A DNA stretch of 64,000 nucleotides from Limnochordia bacterium (GCA_050951545.1 JBMNJG010000011.1:128001-192000); one strand, 5' to 3'. Positions 39,372 through 49,966 are shown, counted from the first letter of the stretch. The notes: a model not told the origin generated them from the letters alone. Made by a program: numbers and translations.

Positions 39372-40238
39372 ATGCCTCGGATGATTCCTAGACGTGAACT
39401 AGGTAAGACTGGCGAAATGCTCTCGATTGTAGGCTTCGGAGGGATCATGGTCTCAGGCACGACGCCCGATGAGGCAGCGTCCCTAGTGTCGATGGCTTTT
39501 GAGCGGGGGGTCAACTACTTCGATGTAGCACCCAGTTACGGCAATGCTGAGGAGATGCTCGGCCCAGCCATCGAACCCTATCGAGACCGGATTTTCCTGG
39601 CCTGCAAGACCCTTGAGCGCACCCGAGACAAGGCGCAGGCTGAGTTGGAGAGGTCGCTGCAGCGCTTGCGTACCGATCACATTGATCTGTACCAGTTACA
39701 TGCCATGAATACGGATGACGATATTGAGACAGCTCTCGGACCCGGAGGCGTTGCAGAGACTTTGCTGGCGGCTCGCGAAAAAGGGCTCGTCCGTTATGTG
39801 GGTTTTTCCACTCACGCAGTGGATGCCGCCTTGCGTCTTCTCGATGCGTTCGATTTCGACAGCGTCTTGTTTCCTCTCAACTGGTTGGCTGCGACAAAAG
39901 GGAAGTTCGGTCCTCAGATACTTCAGCGCGCAGCTGAGAAAGGCGTGGGGCGGCTTATTCTAAAAGCGATGGCCAGGCAGCGCTATGCGCCAGGTGTAGG
40001 GCGCCGTTACGCGAAGTGTTGGTACGAGCCAGCCGACGATCCGGAGGAGGCGAAGCTGGCCCTGCGCTACACGCTCTCTCAGGACGTCACCGCAGCACTG
40101 CCACCAGGCGAGCAATGCTTCTTTCCGTGGGCTCTAGAGGTTGCTGAGGATTTCCAACCGCTCTCGACGGAGGAGTTTGCCACTCTACAGATGAAGGCGA
40201 CTGACTGGCTTCCTGTTTTTACCCATGATACGCAGTAG
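39372..40238 (+). CDS. Aldo/keto reductase
   Basis: LGKTG, GVNYFDVAPSYG, LACK and SL.RLRTDHIDLYQLH. Confidence 0.92.
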   Translation: MPRMIPRRELGKTGEMLSIVGFGGIMVSGTTPDEAASLVSMAFERGVNYFDVAPSYGNAEEMLGPAIEPYRDRIFLACKTLERTRDKAQAELERSLQRLRTDHIDLYQLHAMNTDDDIETALGPGGVAETLLAAREKGLVRYVGFSTHAVDAALRLLDAFDFDSVLFPLNWLAATKGKFGPQILQRAAEKGVGRLILKAMARQRYAPGVGRRYAKCWYEPADDPEEAKLALRYTLSQDVTAALPPGEQCFFPWALEVAEDFQPLSTEEFATLQMKATDWLPVFTHDTQ

Positions 40239-40291
40239 AGAGGTCTAGACGGCCGGGGAGAACCCTTGCACAACAGCGAAAGGGGAAAGGC

Positions 40292-41476
40292 ATGCCAGAG
40301 GCGGTCGGATGCAACAAGCCGATGCGTCTGCACCCAGGTGCAGCCGTTGATTCTCGGGGTCGCCTGTACGCGAGCCTGCCAGGCAAGGATGCGCGATCCG
40401 CGTTTCGGCGAGATCGCGACCGCATTCTGCACTCGACTGCGTTCCGGCGTCTGCACTACAAGACGCAGGTGTTTGTCTTTCACGAAGGTGACTTCTTCAA
40501 GACGCGACTGACGCATTCGCTCGAGGTTGCCCAGATTTCCCAGACCTTGGCAGGTATGCTCGGCGCGAATGAGGAGCTCGCGGAGGCTATCGCTCTCGCC
40601 CACGATGTGGGGCACCCGCCCTTCGGACATGCGGGCGAAGAGGCACTGGGTGCCATTCTTGCCCAGCATGGCATGAGCTTTGAGCACAACGGACAAGCCT
40701 TACGGATTGTGGACGAGCTGGAAGAGCGCTATCCTGAGCATCCTGGGCTCAACTTGACCTGGGAGACGCGGGAGGGCATCGCTCGGCATAGCACCTTCTT
40801 TGATTCACCGCAGCCGCCCGAGATGTTCTGCGAGTATGTACAAGGGGGGCTCGAATGCCAGATCGCTAGTGCTGCAGATGTCATCGCATACTGTACGCAT
40901 GATCTCGAGGACGCTCTGAAAATGCGCCTGATCCGCCAGGAGGATTTGGCAGATGTGCTGCTCTGGCAACGAGGGCGGGAATACCGATGCGGTGATGTGC
41001 ATCGCTTGTCTCCTATGTCGCATATCGCGGCAAGCATTCGGGTGCATTTTACGATTCGGAACATGATTGAGTTGCTTATTCGGGATGTTGTCGCTAGCTC
41101 CCAGGCTCGCTTGGAGGAGCTCAAAGTGCATCACGCGGATGACGTACGGCGGGCAGACGCACCAGTTGTGTGTTTTTCTGAAACAACTCACCATCACCTG
41201 GAGGCGCTTAAGGATTACCTCTACGAGCGCGTCTACAAAGACCCTCGTACGCTACGCATGGCCCACAAGGGTCAGATGGTCATCGAACGTCTTTTCGGAG
41301 TATTCTACGAGAAGCCGGAATTGCTACCGCAGGCGACAGCCGAACGTCTACGGGCATCAGGCGACAAGGCGCGTGTGATCGCAGACCATATTGCTGGCAT
41401 GACCGATCGTTACGCAATGGACCTATACAACACTTTGTTTGAGCCGTACACTCCCGGCTTGCACCTGATGGGCTGA
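40292..41476 (+). CDS. dgt: Deoxyguanosinetriphosphate triphosphohydrolase (HD domain)
   Basis: RDRDRILHSTAFRRL..KTQV, RLTHSLEV, AHDVGHPPFGHAGE and IAGMTDRYA. Confidence 0.93.
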   Translation: MPEAVGCNKPMRLHPGAAVDSRGRLYASLPGKDARSAFRRDRDRILHSTAFRRLHYKTQVFVFHEGDFFKTRLTHSLEVAQISQTLAGMLGANEELAEAIALAHDVGHPPFGHAGEEALGAILAQHGMSFEHNGQALRIVDELEERYPEHPGLNLTWETREGIARHSTFFDSPQPPEMFCEYVQGGLECQIASAADVIAYCTHDLEDALKMRLIRQEDLADVLLWQRGREYRCGDVHRLSPMSHIAASIRVHFTIRNMIELLIRDVVASSQARLEELKVHHADDVRRADAPVVCFSETTHHHLEALKDYLYERVYKDPRTLRMAHKGQMVIERLFGVFYEKPELLPQATAERLRASGDKARVIADHIAGMTDRYAMDLYNTLFEPYTPGLHLMG

Positions 41477-41496
41477 CCTGGCACTGGGCGTAGGGG

Positions 41497-41538
41497 TTGA
41501 CCGAACTGATGTACCTCCATATAATTGAAACGATGGTA
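41497..41538 (+). promoter_or_regulatory. SigmaA promoter with an adjacent LacI/cre-like half site
   Basis: TTGACC-17-TATAAT (41497-41525), immediately followed by TGAAACGATGGTA. Confidence 0.75.
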
Positions 41539-41567
41539 AGAACACTCGGATTTTAGGAGGACCGCAC

Positions 41568-42833
41568 ATGAATAACAGAGGTGCTTCCGTTAGAGGATCC
41601 GTTGCTCTCACTACAGTACTTACCGCGGCATGCGTGATTCTGGCTCTCAGTAGCTGGGGAGCGATTGCAGCTCAGCGCCTTACTGTCTGGGTCGGAGATG
41701 GCCAACCACGACTAAACGAGTACCAGTTCGTCTGCGACCTGTTCGAAAAAGAGAATCCTGGTATCACAGTGGATGTCCAAGGCCAGGCCGGTGGTCAAGG
41801 GCAGATTATGGAGAAGCTCGCCCTGGCCATTGCTGCTGGTGCTCCCCCTGATGCTTCGTGGCTAGAGGGTTCTGCAGTGCTAGAATTTGCTGCTCAGGGT
41901 CTTCTCCTGGAAGTGACTCGTGCAGTAGACGGCATCCGCTTTGCGCCAGCTGACACACAAGAGATGACTCTCGGTGGTCGCATGTGGGCGGTTCCCTATC
42001 ATACTGCGGCGCGAGGTCTGTTCAAGCGAATCGACTTGTTAGAACAGGCGGGGCTCAATCCTTATGTGGACCCCGAGACGATGGAGGAACTCTACGCGTG
42101 GAACAAGAAGCTGACCAAGCGGAATCCTGATGGCACATATGCTCAGGCAGGGCTGGTTCCCTGGGTTGGCAACTGGGGTGCTCCCGCATGGATATGGACT
42201 TTTGGTGGCAAACTCATTGATAAACAGGGAACCAAGGTGACTCCCACTGCAACTTTCAGCAAGAACGTTGATGCTTTTGAGTGGATTGCGAGCTGGGCGC
42301 AGTTTTACGGCACAAGGTCACCCATCGCGGCGGGTTGGAGCGGCTTTCGGGACGGCACAGTGGCTCTGGACGTAGGATCGACCAGTGTTGTCGGACGGTT
42401 GCTTGCTGCCGATGTGCCATTTGCCACAGGTCGGGTGCCCAGCCCTCCAGGTGGGCAGAACGGAACCTGGGGTGGCGGCACAGCCATCGGGGTGCCTGTG
42501 AACGTGCCGAATCCGGAGCTTTCGCTGAAACTGGTGCGCTTCTTCGGTGAGGCCAAGGTGCAGACTGAGCGATTTGGCTTCGCTCCGGATGTACTGCCCG
42601 CTAACTGGCAGGCACTGCTTGCTGTTGGGCGGCAGTTGCCAAAGGAGTGGGGTCCGCTGCTCGATCAGTTCCCAGAAGCCCGTCCTCGGACGCCTCTGTG
42701 GATCGAGTATTACGTGAACCAGCTTAATCCGGCCATGAATGCTGTCGTAGCTGGAACGAAGACACCACAGCAGGCTCTGAATGACGTGCAGCTCGTGATG
42801 GAGACGCGTTTCAGGGATGTCTTTGGACAGTAG
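41568..42833 (+). CDS. ABC transporter sugar-binding protein (SBP family 1), stand-alone
   Basis: Signal peptide; FEKENPGITV, AAGAPPD, WAVPY, GGTAIGV and G.KTPQQAL; has its own promoter and terminator. Confidence 0.88.
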   Translation: MNNRGASVRGSVALTTVLTAACVILALSSWGAIAAQRLTVWVGDGQPRLNEYQFVCDLFEKENPGITVDVQGQAGGQGQIMEKLALAIAAGAPPDASWLEGSAVLEFAAQGLLLEVTRAVDGIRFAPADTQEMTLGGRMWAVPYHTAARGLFKRIDLLEQAGLNPYVDPETMEELYAWNKKLTKRNPDGTYAQAGLVPWVGNWGAPAWIWTFGGKLIDKQGTKVTPTATFSKNVDAFEWIASWAQFYGTRSPIAAGWSGFRDGTVALDVGSTSVVGRLLAADVPFATGRVPSPPGGQNGTWGGGTAIGVPVNVPNPELSLKLVRFFGEAKVQTERFGFAPDVLPANWQALLAVGRQLPKEWGPLLDQFPEARPRTPLWIEYYVNQLNPAMNAVVAGTKTPQQALNDVQLVMETRFRDVFGQ

Positions 42834-42864
42834 CTGTTGCCTAGTCTAATCCTCGATCTACACG

Positions 42865-42905
42865 GGACCTCTCTCGAACGCTTCGCGAACAAGAGAGGTC
42901 CTTTT
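42865..42905 (+). terminator. Rho-independent terminator
   Basis: GGACCTCTCT...AGAGAGGTCC followed by TTTT. Confidence 0.8.
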
Positions 42906-42959
42906 GCCAGATTTCATGCGCTCGAAGCATTGTCGGGCGACGAAAGGTAGGTAGAGCTC

Positions 42960-44207
42960 ATGCCTCGATCTCAGCTGGCGATCAATGGTGGCCCACCTGT
43001 GCGAAAGCGGCCGTGGCCACCGCGGGCTCTGTTTGGCGAAGATGAGAAAAACGCGGTAGGGGAGTTGTTCGATCAAGCGATTGCTTCTGGCAACGCTTTC
43101 GGCTATGAGGGTCCCACGGAGAGGGCGTACTGTGAGGAGTTTGCTACGTTCTTGGGTGGCGGCTACGTGGACGCAGTGAACAGCGGTACCAACGCTGTTT
43201 ACGTAGCTTTGCGGGCACTGAACCCGGAACCCTACACCGAGATCATCGTCAGCCCCATCACAGATCAAGGAGGTGTGATGCCTGTTCCACTGCTCAACTG
43301 CATTCCTGTCGTAGCGGATGCTGCTCCCGGTTGCTTCAATGCGGGTCCGGAGCAGATCGAAGCCGCCATCACATCTCTGACGAGTGCTATTGTAGTGGCG
43401 CACATCATGGGTGAGCCCGCTGACATGGAAGGCATTATGGCCGTCGCCCGTCGCCATGACATCCCCGTGGTTGAGGACTGCGCGCAAGCCCATGGTGCCA
43501 AGCTCAATGGCAACTATCTAGGCACTTTCTCTCAGGTAAGTGCTTTTTCCACAATGTACGGTAAGCATCACGCCACGGGTTCGCAGGGCGGCTTGGTCTT
43601 TACAAAGGACGAGGCTCTTTATGTGAAGATTCGTCAGGCATCCGATCGGGGCAAGCCGTTTGGGATGCCTGCAGGCAGTACCAATACCATGGCTACATTG
43701 AACTTCAATCTCGGTGATCTCGGATCCGCGATTGGGCGTGTGCAGCTGAGGAAACTCCCGCGCATCGTCGCCAAGCGCCAGGAGAATGCGAGGGCGATCA
43801 TAGCTGGCATTGGTGACATAGCGGCCGTTTCAGGGCCGGAGCAGGTGCCTGGAGCAGAGCCCTCCTATTGGTTCTTGCGCCTGCAGGTCAACGAAGAGTA
43901 TCTGAGTTGTACCAAGCGGGAGTTCTGTTCAGCTCTGGCCGCGGAGGGGATCAGCAATAACCCGGAGTATGCGGCTTTCCCACATCGGGCGCAATGGTTC
44001 CGCGAGCGCCAGGTGTTTGGCACAAGCGAGCTTCCTTGGAGTAGTACTCTCTATCGCGGAAACGCTCCTCGTGAGTTTGCGTGCCCGAACGCTTTGCAGG
44101 CAGTGGCGTCACAATTCCTTCTGCCTGTAAGCGAAAGCTGGGGTGAGCAGGAGGTAAGTGATGTTGTGGAGGCCATTCGCAAGGTCGCGGCGGCATTCGC
44201 GGTCTAG
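42960..44207 (+). CDS. DegT/DnrJ/EryC1/StrS PLP-dependent aminotransferase
   Basis: LAINGG.P, NSGT.A, VVEDCAQAHGA and FS...GKH...GSQGG. Confidence 0.92.
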   Translation: MPRSQLAINGGPPVRKRPWPPRALFGEDEKNAVGELFDQAIASGNAFGYEGPTERAYCEEFATFLGGGYVDAVNSGTNAVYVALRALNPEPYTEIIVSPITDQGGVMPVPLLNCIPVVADAAPGCFNAGPEQIEAAITSLTSAIVVAHIMGEPADMEGIMAVARRHDIPVVEDCAQAHGAKLNGNYLGTFSQVSAFSTMYGKHHATGSQGGLVFTKDEALYVKIRQASDRGKPFGMPAGSTNTMATLNFNLGDLGSAIGRVQLRKLPRIVAKRQENARAIIAGIGDIAAVSGPEQVPGAEPSYWFLRLQVNEEYLSCTKREFCSALAAEGISNNPEYAAFPHRAQWFRERQVFGTSELPWSSTLYRGNAPREFACPNALQAVASQFLLPVSESWGEQEVSDVVEAIRKVAAAFAV

Positions 44208-44241
44208 GGTGATGATTGCGTGGCGAAGCTTCCTGACAGCC

Positions 44242-44278
44242 GATAAGGCCGAGAGAGATCTCGGCCTTATCTTGTGCT
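44242..44278 (+). terminator. Perfect 13-bp hairpin, probable terminator
   Basis: GATAAGGCCGAGA-gaga-TCTCGGCCTTATC followed by TTGTGCT. Confidence 0.7.
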
Positions 44279-44371
44279 TCTGTCAGCAGGGAAAGGCTGA
44301 TGTAGCTGGAAGGATGAGGAGGGCGAACTACAATGAGGTTTGCTCCTCGTGTGCAATGAGGGGGACTGCCA

Positions 44372-45736
44372 GTGAGTGTTCCGCGCATCGCGGCTGTTGC
44401 GTCAAGACAGTCCGTTCGTGTGAAGGTGCTGGCACTCGCTTGGCCAGCGATTGTCGATCAGTTTTTGACGATGGCAGTAAACATGGTCGATACGGCGATG
44501 GTGGGACGTCTGGGGGCTTCAGCCCTAGCTGCCGTAGGTCTGGGCGCGCAGGTCATGATGATGGCCACTGCCATTTTCTCCTCGGTAACTACCGGAACGA
44601 CGGCCCTCGTTGCCAGATTCATCGGTGCTTCCGAATCCGAAGAGGCTTGCAGGACGGCCCGTCAGTCACTGATCATGGGTGTCTGTTTGGCCTCCATCAC
44701 AAGCCTTCTCATTGTTACTTTTGCGGGTCGGATTGTGGGGGCTCTTTTTTCCCGGGCGGAGGAGCAAGTGCTCACGGATGCCGCTGCGTATGTGCGTATT
44801 GTAGGTCTGGGGCTTATTCCGCAGTTTTTGCTCATCGTGACCAACAGCGTATTGCGGGGCGCTGGCGATACTAAGACGCCCATGCGGGTTACTGCCACGG
44901 CGAACGTAGTCAATGCCATTGGTAATTACCTGCTGATCTTTGGGGTGGGCGCCTTTCCGCGTTTGGGGGTACAGGGGGCCGCTGCCGCCACGGCCATCGC
45001 GCACTGCGTTGGGGCCTGTCTCGCCATTCGGGTTCTTTTTAGTGGTAAGAGCGTGGTTTCCCTAAATTTTCATGACGATTTCCATCTCGATATAGCGATT
45101 CTGAAGCGGATACTCAACGTGGGCATCCCTGCTGGTATGGAGCAAGGCGTGATGCGCGTGGGCCAGCTGGCTTTCACAATGATTCTGTCGTCCCTGGGCA
45201 CTGTGGCCTATGCTGCCCATCGCATTGCCATGCAAGCCGAATCACTCTCGTTCATGCCAGGATTTGGTTTTGCTCTCGCAGCCACCTCTCTTGTGGGGCA
45301 AGCGCTCGGGGCTGGCGATCCGCAAGAGGCGGAGCATGTGGGATTGGAGGCAGCCCGTATCGCAGCCTGTGGCATGGGGCTCATGGGCCTGTTGTTTCTG
45401 GTGTTCCCTCGGGCTTTGGTAAGCGTGTTCACTTCGGATGAGGCAGTTATCGCCCACAGTGCAGTGGTGATTCGCATCGTCGCAGTGTCGCAGCCGTTCA
45501 TGGCCACCCACATGGTGCTGGCGGGAGGGCTGCGGGGTGCAGGCGATACGCGCACTGTCATGCTGGTGAGCCTGGTGGGTATCTGTGGTGTTCGCCTGGC
45601 CTTGGCCTCTTTGCTGGTCTACTTAGGTTATGGTCTTGTAGGGGCCTGGATCGCTATGTCCATTGACCTCATCATCCGAGGTTCCTTGTTGTACTGGCGT
45701 TTTCGCCATGGGGGCTGGAAGGAAGCCAAGGTGTGA
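44372..45736 (+). CDS. MATE family efflux transporter
   Basis: LAWP, VDTAMVGRLG..ALAAVG, RGAGDTKTPM and GV.GAA.AT. Confidence 0.93.
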   Translation: MSVPRIAAVASRQSVRVKVLALAWPAIVDQFLTMAVNMVDTAMVGRLGASALAAVGLGAQVMMMATAIFSSVTTGTTALVARFIGASESEEACRTARQSLIMGVCLASITSLLIVTFAGRIVGALFSRAEEQVLTDAAAYVRIVGLGLIPQFLLIVTNSVLRGAGDTKTPMRVTATANVVNAIGNYLLIFGVGAFPRLGVQGAAAATAIAHCVGACLAIRVLFSGKSVVSLNFHDDFHLDIAILKRILNVGIPAGMEQGVMRVGQLAFTMILSSLGTVAYAAHRIAMQAESLSFMPGFGFALAATSLVGQALGAGDPQEAEHVGLEAARIAACGMGLMGLLFLVFPRALVSVFTSDEAVIAHSAVVIRIVAVSQPFMATHMVLAGGLRGAGDTRTVMLVSLVGICGVRLALASLLVYLGYGLVGAWIAMSIDLIIRGSLLYWRFRHGGWKEAKV

Positions 45737-45776
45737 CAGCCTGCGGGTAGCGGAGCGTGATGGTGAGCGAGGGCAA

Positions 45777-46952
45777 CTAGTCATGGACATGGAAGAGCCA
45801 GAAGACCGTCTTTTGGTCCCATCCCAGGTCCCAAGGCACTTGGTAACGGTCTACCGTATGGCTGTTGACCAGAAGCACGCCCTTACTGTCTTTGTTGGTA
45901 ACCACCGCGAAATGCACGATTCTCCTTTTCTCTTCGTAGGCGATCAGGTCGCCGGGTTCTAATCGCGCGATGAGGCTCATCGCTTCGTTCGATGCGGGCT
46001 CGACAATGTGACGGTACGTGCCTCGCCCCACGAGATGTGCGGTGCCAGAATGCGATAGGTAACGTCCGAAGGCATCGGCCTTCACCCAAGCAGTACTCCC
46101 GGCTCCTCTCCAGCCTTGTTTGGCGTAGTGCCAGACGCTGGTGCCTGGCAGTGCACCAGCGTCGGGATCGCCCAAGACCTGGGAGGCAAAGTTGGTGCAG
46201 TCTCCCCCCAAACCAGTGTAGTCTCTGTAGTCTTGATTGTAGCGACCTTCGTTGCCGCAACCCCACGCGGCACCACAGTAAGTGTTAGCGTATTGCACGG
46301 CTGCAGCGCGCTGATACTTCTGGCGCCGAGCCACGTAGGGTAGTTCGGAAGCCAGAACAGTACCTATCAAGTGTTCTGTCGCGGCCGGCGTTACGTCGGG
46401 AATGACCGTATCCTCGTCGAGGGGATCTGTGTACCAATCACGCTTGAGCACCCAACTGTTGCCGTGCAAGGCGAGCTCCATCACGTGTCGGGTGCCCACG
46501 CCAAAGCGATGTACCTTATCTTCTGGATCGTCAAGGTAGACGTAGCCGAAGCCCGCACTCTGGATCACATAGGCCCAGATGGAATTCTCCCGTTTCTCCA
46601 TACGCACGATGCGCCCGTCAGCAGAGACTTCCACAATCTTCAGGCCGCGCTTCTCGGCCCAGGCGCCTACATACTTGACGCGTCGTGTCTCGCGTTCGAG
46701 TGCCCACCTGCCAGTAGCGACGCTCAGATCATACAGCCTGTGCAAGCCCTCAGTCTGACTGTTGAGGATGGCTAGCGATCTCAGATGTAGGATGGTGTTG
46801 ATGGCTGAAGTGATGGGCGGGGGATCGTCTTCCGGGGCCGTCATCGTGGTCATCACGCGAGGTCGGTCTAGGCACCCCCAGGCTATGCCAAGCACGAGGC
46901 AGACCATCAGCACGACCAGTACCGCACGCAAGCGGACTACGCACAAGATCAC
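45777..46952 (-). CDS. Amidase_6-domain protein (YhbB-like, sporulation-associated)
   Basis: DWYTDP, Y.R.AAV.YA, GGDCTNFASQ, PGDLI.Y, HFAVV and NSHT.DR. Confidence 0.85.
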   Translation of the reverse strand: MILCVVRLRAVLVVLMVCLVLGIAWGCLDRPRVMTTMTAPEDDPPPITSAINTILHLRSLAILNSQTEGLHRLYDLSVATGRWALERETRRVKYVGAWAEKRGLKIVEVSADGRIVRMEKRENSIWAYVIQSAGFGYVYLDDPEDKVHRFGVGTRHVMELALHGNSWVLKRDWYTDPLDEDTVIPDVTPAATEHLIGTVLASELPYVARRQKYQRAAAVQYANTYCGAAWGCGNEGRYNQDYRDYTGLGGDCTNFASQVLGDPDAGALPGTSVWHYAKQGWRGAGSTAWVKADAFGRYLSHSGTAHLVGRGTYRHIVEPASNEAMSLIARLEPGDLIAYEEKRRIVHFAVVTNKDSKGVLLVNSHTVDRYQVPWDLGWDQKTVFWLFHVHD

Positions 46953-46972
46953 CGTCTTCCCCCCCAGATCCC

Positions 46973-47003
46973 ATATGTATGAGGAGTTGTGGTGTAGCAT
47001 ACG
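46973..47003 (-). promoter_or_regulatory. SigmaE-like mother-cell promoter
   Basis: CGTATGC-N15-CATACATAT just upstream of the amidase RBS; resembles the B. subtilis sigE consensus. Confidence 0.55.
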
Positions 47004-47093
47004 CAAACGAGCAGTCCAGATCGTGCAAGGGGACTGCCTCGTCATGGAGAAGAAGAGGGCACCTGATTAGCGAGCAAAGAAAGGAGTCCGCGC

Positions 47094-47861
47094 ATGCCGT
47101 GGGTGACACAACAGGATATTAGGCAGGGGCTGCTGCGTTTGGGACTCAAGGGCGGTGACACAGTCCTAGTGCATAGCAGTCTGTCTTCCTTTGGTTGGGT
47201 GGAAGGGTCGGCGTCGGCTGTGGTGGAGGCACTGCTACAGGTGCTAAAGGAGGGGGGAACCCTGATTGCGCCTACATTTTCTTACTATCTTCAGGGCGAT
47301 GAGAAAGTGTGGGATAGAGAACACACCCCGTCACGCATGGGGGTGATCTCCGAAACGGTGCGTACGTGGCCTGGGGCATTGCGTAGTAATCATGCTGCGC
47401 ATCCCCTGGCCGCGATTGGTCTGCATGCCCCGCTCATCTGTCGGCGGCCTCACAAGACAGGTTTTGGACCCGACAGCCCGTTTTTCACGCTTGTCGAGCT
47501 CGGTGCCTTTATCCTCCTGATGGGGGTGGGCTACAACAGCTGTACGTTTTTCCATCTACTAGAGGCGAAGGTCGAGGTGCCCTATCGGTACTTGGAGGAG
47601 AGAAAGGCGACGGTTATTGTCGATGGCGTGCGCGATGAGCATGGCTCTGCCTGGGAGTACACGCGCCGGCCCGGAGCTCGAAACGATTTCGTACCCCTGG
47701 GGCGGGCACTGGAGGAACGTCAGATGGTTCGTCAGACCAGGGTTGGCGATAGTGAACTCAGGTTATTTCGCGCTGCCGATGCATATCAGGTGGGTCTGGA
47801 GATCATGGGCCAAGATCCCCTCTTTCTTCTAACGCAAGAGAGCAGAGCTGATTGGCAGTAA
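47094..47861 (+). CDS. AAC(3)/YokD-family N-acetyltransferase
   Basis: LVHSSLSSFGWVEG, GTL..PTF, RS.H, FG.DSP and CT.FHL.E. Confidence 0.9.
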   Translation: MPWVTQQDIRQGLLRLGLKGGDTVLVHSSLSSFGWVEGSASAVVEALLQVLKEGGTLIAPTFSYYLQGDEKVWDREHTPSRMGVISETVRTWPGALRSNHAAHPLAAIGLHAPLICRRPHKTGFGPDSPFFTLVELGAFILLMGVGYNSCTFFHLLEAKVEVPYRYLEERKATVIVDGVRDEHGSAWEYTRRPGARNDFVPLGRALEERQMVRQTRVGDSELRLFRAADAYQVGLEIMGQDPLFLLTQESRADWQ

Positions 47862-47869
47862 GGAGTCTG

Positions 47870-49966
47870 CTACCTGATGGCTGGTTGCCAGGCTGTTTCT
47901 AGCTCTGTGCGCAGGGTCTCCGGGGCGACAATGGGTGGTGAACAAGAGAACCCGTGACAGACGTAGGCGGTCACAAAACCCTGGTGGGCAGTTTTCCCCT
48001 CACAGATGTTTGGTTTGACCTCCATCTCCTCATTCACCGCGTAGATAACGCGATGCGGGTGGTAGGCAGCCCATGCTGCCCGAAGCATCGCTTCGGTGTG
48101 ATTCTTGGCACATCCAGCGGGGCATACAACGACCACCTCCAGCGGTCCCGCGGCGTAGTTGTCCAAGATGCCAACCAATCCGGCTGTCCCCCAGGGATCA
48201 TGCTGAAGATCGGATCCAAACAGCGCCAGCATCCTCTCTGCTCTTTGCATGCAGTCCGTCTCGCCAAGATAGGCGTGCAGGCGCAAGAGGACGTTGGCAG
48301 CCATGGCGTTAGCTGAAGGAAGAGAAAGATCATGGGCGCTCTTGGGGCGGTGGATCAAGTCGGGGCTCGCCGTGGCTAGGAAGAACCCACCTTGAGCGTC
48401 ATCCCAGAACAGGTCGATAGCCAGTGCCATCATTTCCTGCGCTCGGTCCAGATAGTCTTGTCGGAAATTCAGCTGATAGACGTCGAGAAGGGCTTGACTC
48501 AGGAAAACGTAGTCCTCGAGGAAGGCGGCTGTTTGGCCTGGTCCGTTCGTCCAACTGCGTAGTAGTCGCCCATCTCTTAGGCGCAGGTGCTCCCACACGA
48601 AGGATAGGGCCTGTTCTGCTCTGTCGAGGAAGCGCGGTTCGTTCAATATGCCAGCGGCCTGAGACATGGCTGAGATCATCAGACCATTCCATCCGGTCAA
48701 CACTTTCTCATCGCGGTGGGGAGCGCTGCGTTCGCGTCGGGCTTCATAGAGCCTTGCTCGGGAAGACTGCAGTTGCTGTTGGAGTTCACTGACGTCTCGC
48801 CCCATTCGCCGTGCCAGGTCCTCGAGATCGTAGGCCTGATGCAGGACGTTGGTGCCGCCGTTGAAGTTGCCTTGCTCTGTCACACCATAGAACGTCGCCA
48901 CCACCTCAGCGTTGTCTCTGCCCAGGATCTTCTGCAGTTCGTCAAGGCGCCAGACGTAGAATTTCCCTTCTTCACCGTCGCTATCTGCGTCTTGGGTCGA
49001 AAAAAAGGCCCCTTGAGGATGCGTCATCTCTTGCAGCACGTAGTCTAGCGTCTCTCTGGCCACAGTCGCGAAGCTTTCCTGGCCAGTGATCTGGAACGCC
49101 GACAAGTAGAGGGGAGGCATCAGGGCGTTGTCGTAGAGCATCTTCTCAAAGTGCGGAATCAGCCATTTGCGGTCCGTGGAGTAACGATGGAAACCACCCC
49201 CTAGGTGGTCGTAGAGACCTCCCTGGGCCATGCGCTGCAAGCTGAGAAGACCCATGTCGACGTATCGACGTCCTGCCTCCGAACCGTGCTGGCGCAGGAG
49301 CAGCTCGAGTGCCTGTGCGTGAGGGAATTTCGGGTGGTCACCAAAGCCGCCGAACTCCAGGTCCACGTGACGAGCAACAGTCTGCACTGCTCGTACGACA
49401 GTGCGGCGGTTGGGGACCGCAGTATCGGCGAGGGTAGTAGGCTCTGTCAGCGTCAGGCCGGCAACGGTCTGCGTAGCCCTTTCGATCAGGGCTTCGGGCT
49501 GGGAGGCAAAAGCTGTTTGCACGGACTCAAGCACCCGGAGGAATCCTGGGTAACCGTAACGATCGTGAGGTGGGTAGTAGGTGCCCGCATAGAACGGGTA
49601 CAGGTCTGGTGTCAAGAAGACAGAGAGTGGCCAGCCACCGTGTCCGCCAAGCAGTTGCGCTGCGTTTTGGTAAACGAAGTCAAGATCCGGCCGTTCCTCG
49701 CGGTCGACCTTGATGCTGACGAAGTGCTCGTTGAGATGGTTGGCGATCTCCTCGTTCTCGAAGGATTCGCGCCGCATGACGTGACACCAATGACAGGCAG
49801 AGTAGCCAATACTGAGGAAGACCAGCTTTTGCTCCCGTTTGGCTTTTTCGAGGGCGTCTGCTCCCCACGGATACCAATCCACGGGGTTACTGGCGTGCTG
49901 TTGGAGATAAGGACTGCTTTCATGGACAAGACGGTTCTGCTTCCGCTGCACGGTTGTCTGAGGCAT
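47870..49966 (-). CDS. yyaL: Thioredoxin-domain protein YyaL/SSP411 family
   Basis: [49 protein letters not shown] and DADSDGEEG. Confidence 0.93.
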   Translation of the reverse strand: MPQTTVQRKQNRLVHESSPYLQQHASNPVDWYPWGADALEKAKREQKLVFLSIGYSACHWCHVMRRESFENEEIANHLNEHFVSIKVDREERPDLDFVYQNAAQLLGGHGGWPLSVFLTPDLYPFYAGTYYPPHDRYGYPGFLRVLESVQTAFASQPEALIERATQTVAGLTLTEPTTLADTAVPNRRTVVRAVQTVARHVDLEFGGFGDHPKFPHAQALELLLRQHGSEAGRRYVDMGLLSLQRMAQGGLYDHLGGGFHRYSTDRKWLIPHFEKMLYDNALMPPLYLSAFQITGQESFATVARETLDYVLQEMTHPQGAFFSTQDADSDGEEGKFYVWRLDELQKILGRDNAEVVATFYGVTEQGNFNGGTNVLHQAYDLEDLARRMGRDVSELQQQLQSSRARLYEARRERSAPHRDEKVLTGWNGLMISAMSQAAGILNEPRFLDRAEQALSFVWEHLRLRDGRLLRSWTNGPGQTAAFLEDYVFLSQALLDVYQLNFRQDYLDRAQEMMALAIDLFWDDAQGGFFLATASPDLIHRPKSAHDLSLPSANAMAANVLLRLHAYLGETDCMQRAERMLALFGSDLQHDPWGTAGLVGILDNYAAGPLEVVVVCPAGCAKNHTEAMLRAAWAAYHPHRVIYAVNEEMEVKPNICEGKTAHQGFVTAYVCHGFSCSPPIVAPETLRTELETAWQPAIR

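Noticed and set aside
40292-41476. dGTPase as an anti-phage defence gene
   Set aside because: Short housekeeping-type Dgt in a metabolic context with no defence neighbours.
42960-47861. DegT, MATE and AAC(3) as an aminoglycoside biosynthesis or resistance cluster
   Set aside because: Separated by a strong hairpin and an opposite-strand sporulation amidase; no cyclase or glycosyltransferase; all are widespread families.
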